Sequence record: PZ445444.1
Source of the DNA: a phage
Direction: 5' to 3' (one strand)
Length of the DNA stretch: 64,000 bases
Part shown: piece after piece, positions 36,960 to 46,548 of the stretch
Numbering within the stretch: the stretch's first letter is position 1
Layout: every line of letters starts with the position of its first letter
Translations under genes and position numbers: made by a program
Notes under the pieces: model-generated
Databases searched by the model: none
The model's input: the letters and a program-made list of their open reading frames with translations, nothing else
Told to the model about the DNA's origin: nothing

Positions 36960-37214
36960 TCACAGTTCTACAATATCTGCATCTGACCCTGCCCCAAAGG
37001 CATAATAGGACTCTTCCCCGAAATAATATTCCGGTGCACCAGCAGCGATCAGGTCTGATCCCAAAATGAATACCACGTTGTGGCCTACATAGCTGTGATT
37101 TTGCCGCACAGGATCATCCCACGGCAACCCTTCGAAGTATACCGCAGGGACGACCTTTCCTTTCAGGAAGGATTGCCCCAAGTAGACGTTAGAATCAAGA
37201 ATTTTAACCTTCAT
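36960..37214 (-). CDS. small protein, paralog family B (84 aa)
   Basis: MKVKILDS... with GSDLIAAGA motif. Confidence 0.55.
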   Translation of the reverse strand: MKVKILDSNVYLGQSFLKGKVVPAVYFEGLPWDDPVRQNHSYVGHNVVFILGSDLIAAGAPEYYFGEESYYAFGAGSDADIVEL

Positions 37215-37431
37215 GATCGTCCTCCACTATCTCTACATCCTCACCTAGGGCAAAGTTGTAGGTCCACTGACTGTCAAAGCATTCCTGAGATGCACCAGCG
37301 GCAATAAGATCTGCCCCTTTTATTTTTAAAAGGTCAGGGTAATCTTCGTTAGGGACAGCAGTAAACACTTTCCCTACTAAAGGCTCCTGACCAATATAGA
37401 AGCTTGAATCTAAAACTTTAACTTTCATCAA
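37204..37431 (-). CDS. small protein, paralog family B (75 aa)
   Basis: MMKVKVLDS... with GADLIAAGA motif; tandem to 36960..37214. Confidence 0.55.
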   Translation of the reverse strand: MMKVKVLDSSFYIGQEPLVGKVFTAVPNEDYPDLLKIKGADLIAAGASQECFDSQWTYNFALGEDVEIVEDDHEG

Positions 37432-37715
37432 CGGTCTCCATCAGGTGGTTGTGGGACGTAAACACTGTTACGAATATCGTCCGCAGTATAGTAATAAGTG
37501 TCTCCAACCCTATCTCTGGCTGCAATGTACTCTGCTATACCAATAAGTGCCATTGATTTGGTGGCGTATCTTCCCCACTCGTTAGCTCCCCAGTAGAATT
37601 TAGACCAGTAGGGAATAATACCGAACAAATATACCTTTTGACGAACTTCCCAGTAAGTGCCTTTTCCGACAAGTTTAAACTCTACTTCACTACTGTTAAT
37701 CTTTTTCATTATCAA
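37428..37715 (-). CDS. hypothetical protein (95 aa)
   Basis: W/Y-rich ORF with ATGA coupling. Confidence 0.5.
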   Translation of the reverse strand: MIMKKINSSEVEFKLVGKGTYWEVRQKVYLFGIIPYWSKFYWGANEWGRYATKSMALIGIAEYIAARDRVGDTYYYTADDIRNSVYVPQPPDGDR

Positions 37716-38008
37716 TCTCCCTCTACCGTGGTCGGATTGTCAGTAAGAAATTGAGCATTGGCTGGAGGCACGCCTGACATTTTCCACACAACCATAAGTT
37801 TGTAACCAGGAACTCTATTAAGTGCAGATCGAGTAGAGTTTGTGCACGTATACTTTCGCTTTCCAAACCCGTTCTCCATCATAATCCAGTACCCAGTATC
37901 TTTGTCACCAGGTATCGGTAGACCACCTTCATCAACCCACTGAATGGACCACGGCACGATGGCTACAGCTTTATATTTAAACTTTTTAAACCACTCAAAA
38001 AGTTTCAT
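37712..38008 (-). CDS. hypothetical protein (98 aa)
   Basis: ORF in the co-directional array. Confidence 0.5.
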   Translation of the reverse strand: MKLFEWFKKFKYKAVAIVPWSIQWVDEGGLPIPGDKDTGYWIMMENGFGKRKYTCTNSTRSALNRVPGYKLMVVWKMSGVPPANAQFLTDNPTTVEGD

Positions 38009-38103
38009 AATTCAGCCTCGCATAGACATAATCACTATAAACAGGCAAACAATGAATCCGAATGCCACGCCACCCATAAACGTTAATATTGATGCAATCA
38101 TAG

Positions 38104-38301
38104 TCAATCAGCCTCGCTTGGCAACTCTTCTACCTTAACATGCCGAAAAGTGTTACCGTAATGGTTGATCCATGACATCAGCTCGCTTTCTTGCTCTTCC
38201 TCTGGGATGAACTCTCGAATGCTGACAAGTTTTAAGAAAACCCAATCACAATCTGCACCCATTCTACCAGACAGGCAATAGTGCTTCATAAAACCCCCCA
38301 C
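38104..38301 (-). CDS. hypothetical protein (65 aa)
   Basis: Short ORF, co-directional. Confidence 0.45.
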   Translation of the reverse strand: MGGFMKHYCLSGRMGADCDWVFLKLVSIREFIPEEEQESELMSWINHYGNTFRHVKVEELPSEAD

Positions 38302-38306
38302 CTGGT

Positions 38307-38501
38307 TTAGAATATTGCTTCTTCCATTGCACCTGAGAGCAACAAAGAGGTGATCTGGCTAACATTCATCTCAGACTCTACTTCCTCCCCTTTGAAAGGT
38401 TCGCGGCAGAATAGGACTGTTTCAGGACTTTTACTTCGAACAATATAATACAAATCATTCAATGTGTTGTAGTAATAAGTGTTAAAACGTAAGTTTTTCA
38501 T
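38307..38501 (-). CDS. hypothetical protein (64 aa)
   Basis: Short ORF, co-directional. Confidence 0.45.
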   Translation of the reverse strand: MKNLRFNTYYYNTLNDLYYIVRSKSPETVLFCREPFKGEEVESEMNVSQITSLLLSGAMEEAIF

Positions 38502-38785
38502 TTTCTAGTCCCCTTCTTAGATTTTTGTGTAGAAACGCTTTCTGCAATACGAGACAAACGTTCTTCTGAAGCCTTGCCTATTCCAGGTTTTTTGAGTGGG
38601 TTATCTTTATGACCACAATCCAATTGGATATTGGATACCTCTCCAACCTTGTAAGTCAATTCTAGCAAAAGGTTGTCGTCCTTGTCAAATGTTCTTACGA
38701 TAAATTTTTTATCGTTCTCCTGAACTTCGTATCGGGTACCCGCAGTATACAGCATGGTGCCATCCGCATAGGATATCCAGATCAT
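38498..38785 (-). CDS. hypothetical protein (95 aa)
   Basis: ATGA coupling to the upstream gene. Confidence 0.5.
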   Translation of the reverse strand: MIWISYADGTMLYTAGTRYEVQENDKKFIVRTFDKDDNLLLELTYKVGEVSNIQLDCGHKDNPLKKPGIGKASEERLSRIAESVSTQKSKKGTRK

Positions 38786-39129
38786 TGAACCTCCTTCTGC
38801 TGCAACAGCATTAACTCTTTGTTGGAGATTTTTACTGCTGTTTTTATTGTTCCATCTTCACGAAACCACGACCAGAACTCTACAGTGTCCCCACTGTCAA
38901 GCAAAGCATACCCGTGGTAGAAGTCTTTGTCCTTAGACAGTTTCTCATCTATGTCTGCATCGACACATTCGTGATCCATAGCATTTTGCCTGAATGCATC
39001 GGTTATACCAATGCACGCCTTGCTCTCAAGACTGGTATATCCGATATCTTTTAATTCAGTTTCCCAAGTCCAGTACCCTATAAAAGCTAAAACAGCTACC
39101 CACATTAATAACGTTTTAATCTTTGGCAT
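38782..39129 (-). CDS. hypothetical protein with N-terminal signal anchor (115 aa)
   Basis: N-terminus MPKIKTLLMWVAVLAFIGYWTW. Confidence 0.5.
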   Translation of the reverse strand: MPKIKTLLMWVAVLAFIGYWTWETELKDIGYTSLESKACIGITDAFRQNAMDHECVDADIDEKLSKDKDFYHGYALLDSGDTVEFWSWFREDGTIKTAVKISNKELMLLQQKEVQ

Positions 39130-39191
39130 TCTCTCTACCTCTTTCTTAGTTTATTTCACTATGGCACATCCTTTGTGCCATATCTCAACCA

Positions 39192-39599
39192 CTACTTAAA
39201 TAGTAGTCCAAAATAGTGCAAAATTAACAGAAGTTGAACTACACCTAGTGCAACGGCGAGTATGTTAATCTTAGAATCGAAAAACTTCTTAACTTTTACT
39301 CTAAAAGGTTCCTTAATGTCCTTTACGATCCTATTTATAGATGATTTCATATCCCTGATTACCATCCTAAACATTAGAGACGGATCTTCCTTCTCTGTAA
39401 TAGAATCGAAAACATACTCTCTTCGGTCATAAGGACCTCCAGATCTGCGTATTAACCTCTCCACAGAGACCTCGTACGACACACCTGTAACGTAATCATC
39501 TATGATAAGTAGTGACGGGTCTTTATCGTCCAAGGGTATTAAAGTTATCTTTCCAGATTTTGTTAAAATTTCTCCTTTTTCAAGCAAGGTGTACCCCAA
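39192..39599 (-). CDS. hypothetical tail-anchored membrane protein (135 aa)
   Basis: C-terminal hydrophobic segment ILAVALGVVQLLLILHYFGLLF. Confidence 0.5.
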   Translation of the reverse strand: MGYTLLEKGEILTKSGKITLIPLDDKDPSLLIIDDYVTGVSYEVSVERLIRRSGGPYDRREYVFDSITEKEDPSLMFRMVIRDMKSSINRIVKDIKEPFRVKVKKFFDSKINILAVALGVVQLLLILHYFGLLFK

Positions 39600-39651
39600 T
39601 GCTCTCTACCAAGATTGTTGAGGCACGTTTTTACATATTTAACAAACATCG

Positions 39652-39855
39652 TCACCCCTCATCGCACGTCTGATATAACCACTCTATGAAATCTTGATAC
39701 CATTCGCCCTCTGAGCGCTCCGTAGGCCAATAATCTTCACCCTCTCGTGCATTAAAATCTGAGTATTCAACTTTCCACTCCTTTACCAGCTCGTGGAGAA
39801 GGTTTTCAGCCTGCTCTAAAGATTTATTTTTTGCCATTGCTGTCTCCTTTTTCAA
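39652..39855 (-). CDS. hypothetical protein (67 aa)
   Basis: Short ORF, co-directional. Confidence 0.45.
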   Translation of the reverse strand: MKKETAMAKNKSLEQAENLLHELVKEWKVEYSDFNAREGEDYWPTERSEGEWYQDFIEWLYQTCDEG

Positions 39856-40056
39856 GATAGTTATACATCAGAACTGCACCACCTAAGATGGCTACCAGTA
39901 ACAATATCCCAGATAGCATCTCAATAAACATGGCTTGAAACACTGTAAGGTCTCCCTAAATTAACGCACCATTTTAAATACATGCTCTTTTCCCATAAAG
40001 GTGCCTGGCTAAGATCTGCGTAGAACGCAATCTCTTTAAGAACAGTATAGATAGTT

Positions 40057-40284
40057 TTAGGTGCGGTCTCCATCCCTACTCTCCTTCCTGATATTCTTGT
40101 AGTAATCAACTAGGCACATTATTACGATGAAGATAACAACAGGCCAAAAAGGTGCAGCAGTGATGATGGTGATAAAATCATCAAACTTCACCCTTCGTCT
40201 GGACACGATGCATACACCTGTCAAGAATACCGCTGTTATAACGGACATTACCAGGTAACCTATTAGCACAACATTTATACTCAT
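40057..40284 (-). CDS. hypothetical membrane protein (75 aa, two helices)
   Basis: Two hydrophobic stretches, VLIGYLVMSVITAVFLTGVCIV and IITAAPFWPVVIFIVIMCLV. Confidence 0.45.
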   Translation of the reverse strand: MSINVVLIGYLVMSVITAVFLTGVCIVSRRRVKFDDFITIITAAPFWPVVIFIVIMCLVDYYKNIRKESRDGDRT

Positions 40285-40314
40285 TGGTCCTCCCTTTGTA
40301 GGTTAAATTGTATA

Positions 40315-40848
40315 CTACAAATGGTCGCTGAGGGTGTCAAGAAAATTATCCCGTTCTTTCTCAGAGTTTTCATGTGTGTAGCTGAAAAACATATCGAGAA
40401 TAACCTTATTGATATATTCCAGCTCCTCTGTGTTCAGATGCTTAGCAGGATCTACAATGACATCCCAAATATCATACAGACCACACTCATGATACCCATA
40501 ACGCCACTCAATTGTCAAGCTGAGCGGCAAATCTTTACCTTCACAAACAACCTTCCATCTACATATGTTGGTATCTGGTCGTACCTGTGCACGGTAAACC
40601 TGCACAAAATCCAATTTGAATTTGAGGTACTCGTCATACAATTTAAGCACAAAGCTCTCGATTTGTGGAGACACTTTTGCAGCAAACTGTGCGTATTTGT
40701 ACTTGCACTGGATGATCTTTCTACGTTTTGCAGTTAAATTTTTTGCCGCCAGTTGTTCTTCAGTGTATCTCCACCTACGATCAACAAACGCAACAGGGTC
40801 TTTGTCCCCATAGAGGTCTTCCCAGTTAATCAGAAGCATACCTGTCAC
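40315..40848 (-). CDS. hypothetical protein (177 aa)
   Basis: ORF in the co-directional array; no recognisable motif. Confidence 0.55.
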   Translation of the reverse strand: MTGMLLINWEDLYGDKDPVAFVDRRWRYTEEQLAAKNLTAKRRKIIQCKYKYAQFAAKVSPQIESFVLKLYDEYLKFKLDFVQVYRAQVRPDTNICRWKVVCEGKDLPLSLTIEWRYGYHECGLYDIWDVIVDPAKHLNTEELEYINKVILDMFFSYTHENSEKERDNFLDTLSDHL

Positions 40849-41078
40849 TCCTCCACAACTTCAAGGCCTTTACCGCCTCGCTCTGGCAGATTACTTAAAG
40901 ATAGGTAATACATATAATCAGGAGAGATCCTGCCAGACTCTGCACCTGCAGCTAGTAAATCCTTCCCTTTAACCAGGACAACATTCTCGTTTGCAGATAG
41001 CCGTTTTGCTTCCACAATTTTACCAACACAGTCAACCAAGGAAGGGTACCCTAAATCTGTAAGAAATTTAACTTTCAT
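40845..41078 (-). CDS. small protein, paralog family B (77 aa)
   Basis: MKVKFLTD... with GKDLLAAGA motif. Confidence 0.55.
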   Translation of the reverse strand: MKVKFLTDLGYPSLVDCVGKIVEAKRLSANENVVLVKGKDLLAAGAESGRISPDYMYYLSLSNLPERGGKGLEVVEE

Positions 41079-41115
41079 GCTACCTCCTACCTACCGTCCC
41101 TGGTAAGATAAATTA

Positions 41116-41514
41116 TTACTGAACAGAGCGCGGTGCTGGGAAGGATAACTCTTCTAAAGAGAAGATTTCATTTCCTACCACCCAAGTTGCTGGGTCATCT
41201 GGATCAATAGGTTGGATAATCATTACCTCATCCGCCTCGCACACACGTTTCCCACCCATAGTAGCGTCAGCCACTAACATACGCGGCTCTTCAGAAATGC
41301 ACAGGTAGCCACCTCGGCCCACTGTTCCTTCCACGGGATCCTGCCCTTTGACCACAATGAATACCTTCTCTCCTGTGGCGATATTACTTTTCACACTAAC
41401 AGTTTGACCAACTTTAGATGTACCGACCTTGGTGGCTTCAAACATTAAATCCCGAATTACTGTTGCATAGTTGCCGGACACTTTCTTACCTTCTTTAGTA
41501 ATCTCAATCTTCAT
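41116..41514 (-). CDS. hypothetical protein (132 aa)
   Basis: MKIEITKEG... N-terminus. Confidence 0.55.
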   Translation of the reverse strand: MKIEITKEGKKVSGNYATVIRDLMFEATKVGTSKVGQTVSVKSNIATGEKVFIVVKGQDPVEGTVGRGGYLCISEEPRMLVADATMGGKRVCEADEVMIIQPIDPDDPATWVVGNEIFSLEELSFPAPRSVQ

Positions 41515-41783
41515 AATCTAGGCTCCTTAAATGAATCTATGTAATCAATTAAATCCCAAGCATCCCTATGACCTGTCAGAGGGTATACTTCTCCAAGAGG
41601 GATCATAGCAATAAGTCTATCAAAAACCCAATCTGGACGCAACATTTTATGGTGATACTCCCACTCACCTTCTACAGACTTTTTCTGAGTGATCAGGATC
41701 TCTGTGTAGTGTTTCGCCTGTCTTGAGTAGATTGAGAATGACTTGTACATAAATGGCCCCCTCTTGTTGAAAACAAAATACAC
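41511..41783 (-). CDS. hypothetical protein (90 aa)
   Basis: ATGA coupling to the upstream gene. Confidence 0.5.
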   Translation of the reverse strand: MYFVFNKRGPFMYKSFSIYSRQAKHYTEILITQKKSVEGEWEYHHKMLRPDWVFDRLIAMIPLGEVYPLTGHRDAWDLIDYIDSFKEPRL

Positions 41784-41785
41784 TA

Positions 41786-42070
41786 CTACCAGGTCACTGT
41801 CAAGTAGGCAACTGTGTTATTTTTCTCCGGAGAGATGCCAACAACATCCACCTGCAGACCTCCTGCCCTCAAATCCCCAACAATGTGTGGGAAGTAGTCT
41901 GAGAGGTGTGATGGGAGATTTATCGAAAATCCACATCCCAGAAAGCCTGCTAACGCTTTATTTTGTATCTCCCCAACAATCGCATCATAAATAGAGTTAA
42001 GCTCGTCAGGAAGCGTTACAGGACGTTTTAGCGCTAACTGGTGCAACTTGTCCTTAGCACTCATTTTCAT
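41786..42070 (-). CDS. hypothetical protein (94 aa)
   Basis: Probable start at internal ATG 42070, overlapping the methyltransferase stop as ATGA. Confidence 0.45.
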   Translation of the reverse strand: MKMSAKDKLHQLALKRPVTLPDELNSIYDAIVGEIQNKALAGFLGCGFSINLPSHLSDYFPHIVGDLRAGGLQVDVVGISPEKNNTVAYLTVTW

Positions 42071-42600
42071 TTCAAGTCTGCCTCTGGTGGTGCCAACCAC
42101 ATAAATGGCGGCAAGTCTAGACGGTTTTTCTTGTCCCATACAAAATATGCATATGCCTGCCCATCCGTTCTACCATTAGATTGGAATGACGGACGCTTAG
42201 ATATTGTGATCACAGTGGTAGGTGCATTATCAAGCCACCATTCAAATCTGGCCTTGCTTTCCAGAAAATTAAGACGCAAAAGCATAATAACTACGTCGGC
42301 ATCTTTCAACGCCTTGTCCACAAACTCACGAGCCAGGCTGTACGGCGGGTTGGTGATAATACAGTCAACATGGTTGTATTCTGTATTCAGATAGTCAACA
42401 CCTTCTTGGATTTCTCCCCATGCAGATCCTAACGGCATACGGGAGTAGAACACACCTGAGGCACTATTCCTGCAAGGCTCTAAGTAGGTCCAGTCTTCTG
42501 GGAACGGAATAAGGTCATACAGTCCTTCTGCACACCACTCCGGTGTCACATACTCATCGTAGGCGTTACGTTGTTCATCAGGTTTTCTAGCACAAGTCAT
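42067..42600 (-). CDS. DNA N6-adenine methyltransferase (NPPY motif)
   Basis: Catalytic motif DCIITNPPY. Confidence 0.65.
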   Translation of the reverse strand: MTCARKPDEQRNAYDEYVTPEWCAEGLYDLIPFPEDWTYLEPCRNSASGVFYSRMPLGSAWGEIQEGVDYLNTEYNHVDCIITNPPYSLAREFVDKALKDADVVIMLLRLNFLESKARFEWWLDNAPTTVITISKRPSFQSNGRTDGQAYAYFVWDKKNRLDLPPFMWLAPPEADLK

Positions 42601-42651
42601 GCAAATCTCCAGATCATAAAAGCCCTCCGAAGAGGGCTTTAGAATTAATGT

Positions 42652-43701
42652 TTAAGCTTCTTCGACAATTCCTGCACCCAGGATTTTTTCATTGAGCTCT
42701 TTTGCTGTTTTAATAATATTGTCCACAAGACGCTTGCGAGTCTTATCTTTCACCTTAACCTCTTCACCGCCGTTCAGAGTAGTCTTCAATTGAGACAGAA
42801 TATCCTGAAGTTCAACGACAGAGAATCTCTGCAGATCTTCTGAAGTAATCTCACCCAGGGCAATTCGGACGGTCTCGCCACTTTCCATCTGCAGATTCAG
42901 GAACACAGTGTGAACATCACCTTTCGAACCACCCGCTTTTGCAGATTCAACAGCATGAACTAACTCATCTAAAGATGTGCACTGATGAATCTCCGGAAGA
43001 CCTGCTTCACCTAACACGCCTTCTTCATCACCTTTTGCCAGAAGCTTTTTCGGTTTTTGTCCGTTCTGGATGCGTTGTATGTTGCCTTCATCCAGAATAA
43101 TAGCTCCAGTGCGTGCTGCCAACTCTTCTCCGTCCAACCACACTTCGCCACCAGCTGTGATGGATGCGATCTCATCTTCTGTCAGCACCCCACCGTAGTA
43201 TTTTTCGATCAGGTGTTCAAAATGTTTTTTCCAGTAGCTGACCTGAGTATTCATGTTAACACCGTTACCATAAGTGCCACCTTGATAGTAGTGGAACATA
43301 AATTCTGTGTCCGGAGCCACAGTACGTTCTTTGCAACCAAGCCATAAGATTGTTCCAGCAGAGCAGCACATCCCTTCAGCATGTGCAACAACGCTTGCCT
43401 GAGACTCGCGGAATGCCTGCAGATAGGCCATTGCAATGTGCACGCAACCACCAGGGCTATTGATGATCACACGAATGCTTTCTTCCGGCTGAGCCATACG
43501 GATCGTCTGCAGACGAGACATATGATCCTGCAGGTCCTCCAAATCGTCGATATAAAGAACGTGGTCAACAACAGGTGTTGGGTAGCTGTATGTTTCCATG
43601 ATACCGCCCGGCATACCAAACATTTTATTACTCATAGGTTCGAAACCGTTCTGTTTTTCTTTCATGCCGTGTACCATGGTGCTGCGAGGTGTTAAATTCA
43701 T
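42652..43701 (-). CDS. ClpP-family serine protease with C-terminal extension
   Basis: 349 aa; IRVIINSPGGCVHIAMAYL and MCCSAGTIL match ClpP (S14) core motifs; about 150-aa charged C-terminal extension. Confidence 0.65.
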   Translation of the reverse strand: MNLTPRSTMVHGMKEKQNGFEPMSNKMFGMPGGIMETYSYPTPVVDHVLYIDDLEDLQDHMSRLQTIRMAQPEESIRVIINSPGGCVHIAMAYLQAFRESQASVVAHAEGMCCSAGTILWLGCKERTVAPDTEFMFHYYQGGTYGNGVNMNTQVSYWKKHFEHLIEKYYGGVLTEDEIASITAGGEVWLDGEELAARTGAIILDEGNIQRIQNGQKPKKLLAKGDEEGVLGEAGLPEIHQCTSLDELVHAVESAKAGGSKGDVHTVFLNLQMESGETVRIALGEITSEDLQRFSVVELQDILSQLKTTLNGGEEVKVKDKTRKRLVDNIIKTAKELNEKILGAGIVEEA

Positions 43702-43761
43702 GAGAAATCCTTAATATTGGAAGTTGAAAGCTATTTATTTAAACCTGATTCACATTTACCT

Positions 43762-44073
43762 TTATTTAGCAATCACTATGGAGTACTTACGATTGTCAGA
43801 AGCATCACAACTCAATGATTGCCAATCTACCACATACCACGTATCATTGTCAACAATTACTTTATCGCCTGTTCTGTAGCAAGTGCTGCTTTCAATAATT
43901 CGAGACTCGATAAAGAATCTGTGTCGGCGCTCACGTAGCAACGCTAAGTTGATTATATTACCACCGCTGTCCTTGATCCACACATTCTTGGATCCTTTAT
44001 TTGCCAAAATTGTCTCGCCGTTATAGACAAACAGGCAGTATATTTTATTCAGTCTCTCTTGTATTGTAGCCAT
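43762..44073 (-). CDS. hypothetical protein (103 aa)
   Basis: ORF in the co-directional array. Confidence 0.5.
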   Translation of the reverse strand: MATIQERLNKIYCLFVYNGETILANKGSKNVWIKDSGGNIINLALLRERRHRFFIESRIIESSTCYRTGDKVIVDNDTWYVVDWQSLSCDASDNRKYSIVIAK

Positions 44074-44176
44074 ACTATCTCCTTCTCCTTGTCTTGTCCG
44101 ATAATAATATCTAAAGCTTACCTGTTTGTCAACAACTGTTTTAGATATTTAAGGGTGGAATAACCACCCTTCTGTA

Positions 44177-44965
44177 TTACTCGGAAACAGGGGTCCAAAT
44201 ATGATTTGCACGATCCTCAATAAGATTGAGTGCGATTTGACGACCCAACCCGGAACGAACGACATCGTCTGGACTATCAAAGCTGATCATTCCAACCTCA
44301 GGATCTGGATGACGAGTAAAGAAATCCGTCACCCATGCAAGGCCAGATTTACCAGGGATGTCACGTTGGCTATTATCACCCATAATTACAAGGGTGGCTT
44401 GATCAGAGATCCTTGTGATAATTGACAACATTTCTTCAGGGTTAGTTTGCTGTGCCTCGTCAATCAGGACAAAGCATCGCTCATCGAAACTACGACCACG
44501 AATGCTTTCAACTTCACAAATCTCGATACGACTGTTCTGACCGTCTCCCAGCATTGCGGCAAAAGCACCTTTGCCAACACGACGACAAATCGTGTCCATC
44601 ATGCTTCGAAGATAGGGCCACAGTTTCTGCATTGCATTTCCGGGTTTAAATCCTGAAGTCTTTCCTGTCTGGACGTAAGGACGTGCAACAATGATCTTAT
44701 CAATCTCGTTCTTACGCAGAAGATCACCTGCATATGCAGATGCCATAAATGTCTTACCGGATCCAAACACACCGTTTACAATAATAATCTTACGTGACCC
44801 TAGATAATCAAGATACTTTTGCTGCTTCTTATTCATTGGTCGGAGAGCTGGAGCGGTGTGCTCTCTTTCGTCAGCAAATTTCTCAGCAGCCTTACGCAGG
44901 CGATCAGATTTGCGAGCCTCTCTAGCTTCATCACGCATGCGTTTTGTTTCTTTAGCTCGACCCAT
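44177..44965 (-). CDS. phoH: PhoH-like ATPase
   Basis: Walker A GVFGSGKT, Walker B-like VLIDEAQ and overall PhoH-like layout. Confidence 0.8.
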   Translation of the reverse strand: MGRAKETKRMRDEAREARKSDRLRKAAEKFADEREHTAPALRPMNKKQQKYLDYLGSRKIIIVNGVFGSGKTFMASAYAGDLLRKNEIDKIIVARPYVQTGKTSGFKPGNAMQKLWPYLRSMMDTICRRVGKGAFAAMLGDGQNSRIEICEVESIRGRSFDERCFVLIDEAQQTNPEEMLSIITRISDQATLVIMGDNSQRDIPGKSGLAWVTDFFTRHPDPEVGMISFDSPDDVVRSGLGRQIALNLIEDRANHIWTPVSE

Positions 44966-45003
44966 GTTGGGACTCCTTTCAGATTGAGATGTGCCAAGTA
45001 CTT

Positions 45004-45354
45004 TTACTGCAACAGTTTTTCAATAGCCGCTTCCATGCTGCTTGCAACAGCCTGAACTCGGATATTCATCTCTTCTTGGTGGATCAGCTCCTTAAGCTCT
45101 TTAATGGTAAATTCTTTAGAGAAACCTTCCACCATAATCTTGTGTAAGTCTTCTTGCGTATCTACTTGCAAGAACTTTTCCAGTTTGTTGGCAGAGGCTT
45201 CTAAATCAGCTCGAATACGAGGATCATCTGTGCGATTCAGCATTAGGCGTAAGCCATCAAGATTAGTAGAAATAGCGTCTGCATGTTGAGTAACTAACCG
45301 TGGCAAAATGAGATCTACAAACTTATTAGCCAAATCGATACGTTCTTGTGTCAC
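45004..45354 (-). CDS. hypothetical protein (116 aa)
   Basis: GTG start overlapping an upstream small basic ORF. Confidence 0.5.
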   Translation of the reverse strand: MTQERIDLANKFVDLILPRLVTQHADAISTNLDGLRLMLNRTDDPRIRADLEASANKLEKFLQVDTQEDLHKIMVEGFSKEFTIKELKELIHQEEMNIRVQAVASSMEAAIEKLLQ

Positions 45355-45526
45355 TGTTGCACCCCCTCTTCATCTTCATGATGTTTCTTTTCACGCTTGT
45401 GTTTTTTCTTAAGCTCAAGCGCAATCTCTTTCTTGTACGCCTTCTTCAAGGCTTTTTTAGCCATTTGGCACCTCCTCTGCTTTCATTACGACAATTATAA
45501 CCGACTTAACAAAGCTTTGTCAACGA

Positions 45527-46000
45527 TTAGTCAACCTGAACCCAACCATCTGCTACCTTTTTAAACATTCTTTGGTTATCACTGCCTCTAAAGGGTTTTT
45601 TGGTGGGGTTATCTTTTTCGTACTTACCGTCCATAATGTAATCAACACTATCTTTAATGTAATCGGGGACTTCTTCAAACAAATACCCTGTGTACACCCA
45701 GATAGTTTTTGTGTTGCCGAAGCGTTCACGGATAGCGCAAATGATTGAATACATACCATCAATATTGTAAGGCGCTAAAGGCTCTCCACCGCATAATGTA
45801 ACGCCGGTAATATGGTTTGGTTCTATAGAGCTAAGTATGCTCTCGATTGTGTCATTTGTTAACGGTTCCCCTTTAGCGGGTGACCAAACACTTTTGTTTT
45901 GGCAACCAACGCAGTGATGTGGACAACCAGAACAGAACACCGTTGTCCTAATGCCTGGGCCGTCAACCATACTACACTCTATAATATTAACAACATTCAT
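45527..46000 (-). CDS. nrdG: anaerobic ribonucleotide reductase activating protein (radical SAM)
   Basis: 157 aa; Cys cluster CSGCPHHCVGCQN near the N-terminus; adjacent to nrdD. Confidence 0.8.
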   Translation of the reverse strand: MNVVNIIECSMVDGPGIRTTVFCSGCPHHCVGCQNKSVWSPAKGEPLTNDTIESILSSIEPNHITGVTLCGGEPLAPYNIDGMYSIICAIRERFGNTKTIWVYTGYLFEEVPDYIKDSVDYIMDGKYEKDNPTKKPFRGSDNQRMFKKVADGWVQVD

Positions 46001-46232
46001 TCCTTATCCTCTTTGAGGTAGGGATATTCAGGCCACAATAAGCTCGATCTAAGAAAACAGCTTCTTCCCCTCTGGAATCGGTAGATCTATAATACCCATC
46101 ACCATGGTAACTAACGAACCAGTAGCACCCATCATCGCTTTCCACTGTTGTGGCTCTGTCCGAATGAAAGATAATTTCGTAATCCTTACCGAGTGTAAAC
46201 CATCTGTTAGCTTTTACACAGACACCTATCAT
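45987..46232 (-). CDS. hypothetical protein (81 aa)
   Basis: Short ORF between nrdG and the zinc-ribbon gene. Confidence 0.4.
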   Translation of the reverse strand: MIGVCVKANRWFTLGKDYEIIFHSDRATTVESDDGCYWFVSYHGDGYYRSTDSRGEEAVFLDRAYCGLNIPTSKRIRNECC

Positions 46233-46548
46233 AAGTAACCTCTCTTCTGTGGTGCGCTTCTATTCAAGATAGACCTATAAAAGTCCATTTGATGAAGCCG
46301 TATAACTTTTTATACTTACACTTCAGTGCTAACAATTTTATCTTGATTTTCTTGATAGATTTCCGCATTTCGACCCCTTATGCTTATAAGTACTCCGCGT
46401 CGCATTCAGGACAATGCCAAATAAAATCGTCCAGTGCCTTGCACCAACGAAGATTGCAACGACAACCACACTTGCAAATTTTATAAATGCCTGATGACAT
46501 GCTGCACCTCCTTTAGTTTATACCATGTTTAAAGGTTGATATATGGCT

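Noticed and set aside
39921-40109. 62-aa track ORF overlapping the membrane-protein gene 40057-40284
   Set aside because: It overlaps the neighbouring gene by about 50 nt in another frame and lacks an RBS; probably spurious.
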